A DNA stretch of 64,000 bases. Origin: Salpingoeca rosetta. Lineage: Eukaryota > Protista > Choanoflagellata. This document shows positions 51,615 to 64,000 of this stretch, one piece after another. The position numbers were made by a program, and so were the translations under genes. The stretch spans positions 1,311,293 through 1,375,292 of the forward strand of contig JAWQFM010000004.1 of assembly GCA_033442325.1 (NCBI GenBank), given 5' to 3'. The notes beneath the pieces are model-generated. The model saw only the letters and a list, made by a program, of their open reading frames with translations. It had not been told where the DNA came from and ran no database searches. How positions within the stretch are numbered: the first letter of the stretch is position 1; each line of letters opens with the position of its first letter.

Positions 51615-53380
51615 CGATGTGTGTGTGTGACGATGTGTGTGTGTGTGACGATGTGTGTGTGTGTGTGACGATGTGTGCGCTCATCTGCGCTGGATGTGCA
51701 AAGTGAATTGTAAGGCGCCACACGTGTCACCTTGCGTTGCGGCGAGGAGGAGGCAGACGGTTGAGATGGCCAGCTGCCCCACATAGAGCAGGATCACACA
51801 CACCATCACGTTTAAGGGGACACGAAACAGATTGAGGATGGTCGCACGCACACGCTCGTCCACACACGCAGCGCGCAGCGTCCCCATACCCGGCCAGAAC
51901 ACACCCACGGCCACCTGATAGTGGTGGTGGTGGTGAAGACGGTGACGTGCGAGGGCGGTGTTAATACATATGGGACGTGGTGTGTATTGGTTGGGTTGTG
52001 CACACGCGCACAGATGTGCATGTGAACAAGCACTCATTGACATACAAATAATATGCACGCTCACACACCTCGTAAAGAAGAAAGGCTGCGAATCTCGCAT
52101 GTGTCGCTGTTGTGATGGCGGGAACAGCGAGAGAGACGGTTGCGCAGAGGAACACGCCAAACAGAACAGATCGCATATCCACAGCTGCACCGCCACTCGA
52201 AGACACCCACTGCACATGTGTGTGTGTGTGTCAAGGTGTGTGTTGGTGTCGTGAGTGAGAGACGGCGTACACGTGACACAGCGCCGTGTTGATGCCACAT
52301 CTTACAAGCTAATAAGGTCGAGACAACAACCCCTTCAATCTTCACCATCACGCTGCCATCATCACCGCCAATCCCACCTTGAACAGGGCGCCACCGATGG
52401 CGCAGCAGATCATGAATGTGGCGAAGATGGTGCCGAGGGGAAGAGAGGTGGTCGCCCCTTCCTGTAGCGCCGGTGTCCAGATGAACACAAACGTGTACAT
52501 GGCGCCCTCAAACAGCGACTGCAGCGTTCCAAGCAGCAGCACCTGAACACCCATGAATGAATGGGTGGATGATGCATGAACAGTGTTATTGATTGCATGA
52601 AATTCACAATTCACACACACACACACACGCAACTACGCACATACACGCAACTACGCACATGTACGCACATACACACACACGCACACACCAGCACGTGCAT
52701 CGCTTACGCTGCGGTCTGTGCGAATGGCGCGCCAGGCGTCTGCCAAATTCGACTGGAGATCACTTCCGGCCTGGCCAAAGTTTTCGCCCCACGTGCTCCA
52801 AACGGCAACGGTCCCCACAGCCAGCAGCGCGAAGGAAAAGTCAAACGGTGCAACAGGGTGACCAGCAAGGTCCACAGCAGCCTGAGCCACAACAACACAC
52901 AAGCAACAAGTGTGAACCGTGGCTGAGAGAGAGGGAGAGTGTGTGGGGGGTGTTGCACCTCATCTTGATGCTGTTATTGCAGCAGACCTCATGCGCAAGA
53001 TTGCATGCCTGCATGCACAAAGCCACCAGCAAACAGCATGCACGTACACTCCCTGTCTCATCTGAAGCTGACCTGTGCGGCCCATCCGGCCAAGATGGCG
53101 ACGATGCCGTTGCCTACAGACATGTACGCGAACGTGGAAGCGAGCCACGTGCTGTCGAAGCCTGCCTTCTCGTGCTCTGCAACCTGAATAATCCCCGAAG
53201 TACACACAAGCAGATGCAGGAGAACGACAGGGTGTACGTGGGTGTACCAATTTGAGATGGAGAACATAGTCAAGCAGCAACGCCACAAGCACTGCGTCGT
53301 GACATGAACGTTTGACTTGACTACAGCCGCTTCCATTGATCCCCCTCTTCAAACACACACAGGCCCTTGTGCTCGTCTGC

Positions 53381-53428
<48 letters not shown>

Positions 53429-54316
53429 GGTGCGGACCACTGACCATCCAGGCCTCAAACACGGAGAAGAGGAGCGACGTGGCAATGCCGCCGAGCACAC
53501 GCCCGACAATCAAGACGGGGAAGCTGTTGAAGTGCTTGGTGACGCAGGACGCCATGTACAGCAGCCCATACAGCACAGCACCTAGGCGAGCAGCAACCGT
53601 GGTGGCAGGCAACAGTACACAGGCAAGCACACAACGTATGAGCTCGTGTGGGGAATCGAAGATGCAGCCGCTGGGCTGCACGTAATGTGTGGTTTTATAC
53701 GCACACCACTCTCACCCGCCAGGCATGCGACGACGACAACAACATCATGCAAGCGAGAGCCGATGGGTTGTGGGCCTGACATCTCACCAAACTTTCGACC
53801 ACGCTTGTCCGCGAGGCTGCCGGCAATGGTGCCCAGCGTGAGGGATGCACCGAAGCCAGCGATGAACAGCTGTCCGTTCTGGGCAATGGAGAACCCGTAG
53901 TGCTCGTACAAGTTGTAGACATAGGGCCCTTGCGCCCAATCCGCGGCCGTCATCACCAGATACACCGTGAGAAACCGCCACTGGAACTGCCTGAGCAAGG
54001 CGCAAGGTATGCGCATTACAGTGTGTATATGTGTATGTGTGTGTATGTATGTGTGTGTGTATGTATGTGTATGTGTGTGTATGTGTGTGTGCGTGTTGGA
54101 GTGAGGCCATGGAAAGCTGAAGCATTGACGAGCATGTCAGTCGCAAGAACTCACTCCTTCGAACCTGAATGAGTTGGATGCGGCCGTGTGGGTGCTATTC
54201 GCTGCTGCAGATGACGACGGCTTGCGCTGTGCAAACAGCAACAGTCCCAGCACAACAGCGGTGCATGCACTCACATACGAGTACACCATCGTCGGCGTGG
54301 GTTGCAGGGAGGACAT
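51385..54316 (-). CDS. MFSD5: MFS transporter, MFSD5/molybdate-anion transporter (DUF791) family
   Basis: FLTVYLVMTAADWAQGPYVYNLYEHYG, LFIAGFGAS, LADKRGRK, GRVLGGIATSLLFSVFEAWM, QSLFEGAMYTFVFIWTP, RATILNLFRVPLN; last exon 51479-51385 completes the final TM helix. Confidence 0.92.
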
Positions 54317-54654
54317 GTCTGCATTGATCAGCTTCAATGGTTGTAGAAAATCATGTACATCTCCAGCCACTTTTCACAACTGCACTGACCAAAAAAGAAA
54401 AACGCGCGGTGGTTGGTGGTGTGTTGTTGTCAAGAGAAGAAGAGGCTGCTGTGTTGTTGTTGTTGTTGTTGTTGTGGTTGTTGTTGTTGTTGTTGTGGTT
54501 GTTGTTGTTGTTGTTGTGTGTGTTGTTGTTGTTGTTGTTGTTGTTCCCCTCGCTCAAGTTGGCTCACCTTGTTGGCGTGTTCATTCCTTGCTCGCTGTAG
54601 GAACATCAGCAGAGAGCATCAAACGCTAGGAATCAAGCGCTTTTGTCTGCCATA

Positions 54655-57544
<2,890 letters not shown>

Positions 57545-57702
57545 GCGAGCAGGGAAGCGACCGCACATGGATAAAATAAGTCTATCCACACGACGCACAC
57601 ATGCACAAAGGAGACGTGGCTTCTTCTTCCATTGACTTTGTTGTTTGCTGCCCAAAAGCGCGAAAACCTTCGAACAAACTTTGCGGACAGCAACGAAGGA
57701 AG

Positions 57703-58983
57703 ATGAACAACCCTGGCCTGACGTTGGTGGTGGTGGCAAGTTGCTCGCTGTTGTTGACGATGATGCCGTTCATCGGCGTTGTTGGAGGGGTGACGCTGAA
57801 GGAGGACGGTGCGGGCGCGTTTCACATCAACACTAGCGATCCAATGAGCCAGCCCGTGTTCGTGAACGGGATGCAAGTGGATGGGCTGTTCGAGACAATG
57901 GACACGCTGTTGCGGGCATTCTCAACGCAGCAGAGTACCATCGACGCGCAGCAGAGCACGATCGATGCGCTGCAGAGCACGGCCTTCGCGCAGCAAAGCG
58001 CAATTGATGGACTGTGTCGTCGGGTGGAGCCGAGTGCAAAGACCTTTGGGCAACTTGGCTCGCAGGCTTCAAAATGGGCAGATGGTGTGCTTGGGGGCAA
58101 TGGTCTGATATACGCCGCGCCGCACTTTGCATCCTCCGTGCTTATCATTGATCCCAGCACCAACACCGTCGACACAACCACAATCTCCGGACTTGGGGCA
58201 GACGATCGCAAGTGGGCTGGTGGGGTACTAGCTGACAACGGGCTCGTTTACATGTTTGCTGCTTCCAGGCCAACAATGCTCATCATCGACCCAGACACCA
58301 ACACCATTGACATCACAAGCATTCACTCGCTTGGTTCCGGGCAAAACAAGTGGTTTGGTGGCGTGGTCGCCAGCAACGGCGTCATCTTTGGCATCCCATT
58401 GTCTGCGACCTCTGTTCTCATCATCGATCCAGAGACCAACACAGCCGACATCACCTCCATGGCTGGTCTCGCTTCCGACTATGACAAGTGGTTCGGCGGT
58501 GTGCTGGCAGACAACGGCCTTATCTACTGCACACCAATCCGTGCAGCCTCTGTCCTCATCATCAATCCACAGTCCATGACCATGGACCTCACCACCATCA
58601 GTGGCCTCGGCACGAGCGCCAAGTGGCTTGCCGGCGTGCTTGCAGGCAACGGACTCATTTACACGATCCCATTTCTTTCGGCATCGACGCTTGTTATTGA
58701 TCCAGCCACCAACACGACCAGCCAGGTTCGTGCTGTTTCTCAGTCCTCCATCAGGGACTGGGCGGACGGTGTGCTGGCACCCAACGGCAACGTCGTTGGC
58801 ATTCCTTTCGACTCCTCATCCGTCTTCATCATTGATCCAACGACCAACACGATTGATACAACGAGTATCAACGACCTTGGCGGGACAGGCAAATGGTATG
58901 GCGCGGTTCTCGGTCCAAACGGCCTCATCTACGGCATTCCACACTATGCGGAGTCCGTCCTCGTCATCGATCCGGGATGCTGA
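57703..58983 (+). CDS. Intronless secreted protein: signal peptide, short coiled coil, seven ~46-aa repeats (predicted beta-propeller)
   Basis: ATG 57703; hydrophobic leader; QQSTIDA heptads; seven copies of (K/D)W.(G/D)GVL..NG.IY..P..A.SVLIIDP.TNT.D.T. Confidence 0.85.
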   Translation: MNNPGLTLVVVASCSLLLTMMPFIGVVGGVTLKEDGAGAFHINTSDPMSQPVFVNGMQVDGLFETMDTLLRAFSTQQSTIDAQQSTIDALQSTAFAQQSAIDGLCRRVEPSAKTFGQLGSQASKWADGVLGGNGLIYAAPHFASSVLIIDPSTNTVDTTTISGLGADDRKWAGGVLADNGLVYMFAASRPTMLIIDPDTNTIDITSIHSLGSGQNKWFGGVVASNGVIFGIPLSATSVLIIDPETNTADITSMAGLASDYDKWFGGVLADNGLIYCTPIRAASVLIINPQSMTMDLTTISGLGTSAKWLAGVLAGNGLIYTIPFLSASTLVIDPATNTTSQVRAVSQSSIRDWADGVLAPNGNVVGIPFDSSSVFIIDPTTNTIDTTSINDLGGTGKWYGAVLGPNGLIYGIPHYAESVLVIDPGC

Positions 58984-59024
58984 TGTGTGTGTGTGTGCGT
59001 GTTTTTGCGTGTATAGGTGTATGG

Positions 59025-59077
<53 letters not shown>

Positions 59078-59321
59078 CTTCTTGGTTGTCCTTGCCCAAT
59101 CTGTCATTCATCTGATTCCTTAACCCTCTCTTAGCGTCAACTTTCGTTCTTTCAACTCTGTGACTGCATCCTGTACGCCTACCACTGTTCATTGGTCCTT
59201 GACTTTCACCACCAACTGTCATGTCACAACAACAACGACAATAGAAGGCGGACACCACAACCAAACCAACCACAAGCCCCCCCCCCCCATGTCGACGTAA
59301 ACGTCTTCCCGAACGCACGCG

Positions 59322-59418
<97 letters not shown>

Positions 59419-59432
59419 CAAAACAAAGCACA

Positions 59433-59467
<35 letters not shown>

Positions 59468-59506
59468 CACACACAACAAAACAAAGCACAACACACACAC
59501 ACACAT

Positions 59507-60763
59507 TCACTGCTCCTGGTCCGCGTGTGCTGCTGGAGCAAGGGAGAAGGTGTCCTGGCTCACGTGGCGGTTCACCACCCACGTGTATGCGCTGTCAAAC
59601 GCCGCCGGAAACGCGGTCCGGGCGTCCACAGCCAGCCCCGCGTAAAGGGGGAAGTACGCTTCCCGCATGCGGCGGTACGCAGCCCACAATACGGACGCGG
59701 CACACTCGCGCGATGACGCCAGGAGGTAGGAGGGCATGCTCAGCTCCATGTGCCGGTGGCGGTCGTCCGCGTGCACAAACTTGCGCTGCACTTCCGTCTT
59801 CACGCCGCCCGGGCAGTGCACGGTGACGCTGACGCCGTGCGCGGCCAGCTCCGGTCGCAGCGTGTCGAAGAACCCGTGCAGGGCGTGCTTGGTGGCTGCG
59901 TACCCGGCCTGGAAGGGCGCTGGTATCCGCGCGTAGAACGAGCTCACAACCACCACCCGCCCGCGCGTGCGCTTGAGGTGCGGCAGTGCGGCGTGCGTCG
60001 CCCGCACGTACCCCCAGTAGTTGACCTCCATCAGCCAATGCAGCGCGTCTGTGTTCGGAAGGTCTTCCAGCCGCGACCACGTGCCGGCCGTTCCCGCGTT
60101 CAAGATGAGCGTGTCAATGCGGCCGAGCCGGGCAGCGGCCGTCTCGACGAGCGACATCGCGTCCTCGGGTCGCGTCGCGTCGTACCGCACAATGTGCACC
60201 GATGTAGCGCCAGCTCGGCGGCACTGCTCTGCAACCTGCTCCAGCCTCTCCATCCGCCGCGCCGCCAGCAGCAGCGCAGCGCCGGCTTCCGCAGCCAACA
60301 GCGCCACGTCCTTCCCGATGCCTGAGGATGCTCCCGTGATCACCACCGCCTGGTTCAGCATGCCCGGCACGACGCCCGCTTTAGTCCAGGCAAGAGCGTC
60401 ATTGCCGCTCGCGGCGTCGTCAAAGGCGGAGATGTCGTGGCGTGCTGCAAGCAGCGCCTCCTGCCAGCTCACGTCCACGGAGCGCTGCTGCTGTGCCTGC
60501 TGATGCGGTGGGGTGGGGACGTGTTCCGGGTTGTAGACCTGTAAGCCAGCACGGGCAGCCGCGAGGCACAGCTCCACGACAACGAACCCGGCGTGGTAGG
60601 ATGCGTCGATGACCAGCGCCGCGGCCTTGCCCAGGTGAACGGGGATCAGCAGCACGGCTTGCAGAGTTGCGGCCGTGTCCAGTGGGGCCACCTTGTACCC
60701 CAGCGTCAGCAGCACCGCCAACACCCCCACGCCAACACCCACTCGCCACCAACTCACCACCAT
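59507..60763 (-). CDS. Intronless membrane-anchored SDR, 11beta-HSD1/DHRS7-like
   Basis: N-terminal hydrophobic segments; VITGASSGIG, LILNAG, MEVNYWG, VVSS, YAATK catalytic motif, HALHGFFDTLRPEL. Confidence 0.92.
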   Translation of the reverse strand: MVVSWWRVGVGVGVLAVLLTLGYKVAPLDTAATLQAVLLIPVHLGKAAALVIDASYHAGFVVVELCLAAARAGLQVYNPEHVPTPPHQQAQQQRSVDVSWQEALLAARHDISAFDDAASGNDALAWTKAGVVPGMLNQAVVITGASSGIGKDVALLAAEAGAALLLAARRMERLEQVAEQCRRAGATSVHIVRYDATRPEDAMSLVETAAARLGRIDTLILNAGTAGTWSRLEDLPNTDALHWLMEVNYWGYVRATHAALPHLKRTRGRVVVVSSFYARIPAPFQAGYAATKHALHGFFDTLRPELAAHGVSVTVHCPGGVKTEVQRKFVHADDRHRHMELSMPSYLLASSRECAASVLWAAYRRMREAYFPLYAGLAVDARTAFPAAFDSAYTWVVNRHVSQDTFSLAPAAHADQEQ

Positions 60764-60864
60764 GTCTTTGCGTTGTTGTCAGTGCTTGCTTGCTTGTGAG
60801 AAAAGAAGAGCAAGCAAAAACGCAACACAGTCATCAACAACAACATTCAAACGAGCAAGAAAGC

Positions 60865-60908
<44 letters not shown>

Positions 60909-60934
60909 CACACACACAGACACACACACACACA

Positions 60935-60991
<57 letters not shown>

Positions 60992-61031
60992 CGCTGATCA
61001 ACCGACACACCACACCTTGATTCACTCTCTG

Positions 61032-63869
<2,838 letters not shown>

Positions 63870-64000
63870 CCGCCACATTGTGTGTCTTGCGTGTGTTTGT
63901 GTGTCTTACGTGTGTGCGTGTGACTTGTCATGTCTGTTTGCTGTGTTGCTCCATGTCTTCTCCCCTCTCCCTTCAATCTCTTCTCTCGTCTCGTCTCGTC

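Overview
Eukaryotic, intron-dense, GC-rich genomic DNA with (GT)n/(CA)n microsatellites in most introns and five N gaps. Gene content and style fit a choanoflagellate such as Salpingoeca rosetta (inference, not verified). About 17 genes were reconstructed by hand-splicing: (1) 3' part of a giant coiled-coil protein with a RIM-BP-type SH3 and a C-terminal PACT domain; (2) a 3'-truncated SDR; (3) a type II membrane EGF protein with a tyrosine-repeat tail; (4) a TFG-like PB1 protein; (5) a large FG-GAP/Cys-rich/PAN/HYR receptor tyrosine kinase missing most of its kinase C-lobe; (6) cereblon; (7) EFTUD2/Snu114; (8) RPL36A; (9) Fuzzy; (10) a WD40 protein; (11) MRPL19; (12) mitochondrial release factor 1; (13) MFSD5; (14) a PPP1R32/SAXO4-like ciliary protein; (15) an intronless secreted 7-repeat propeller protein; (16) an intronless 11beta-HSD-like SDR; (17) EI24. 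The most striking signal is intron polarity: on the transcribed strand (GU)n sits near 5' splice sites and (CA)n near 3' splice sites, often both in one intron and often without a polypyrimidine tract, suggesting structure-assisted splicing. Two genes appear broken at such repeats. Most ORFs in the supplied track are microsatellite or antisense artefacts.
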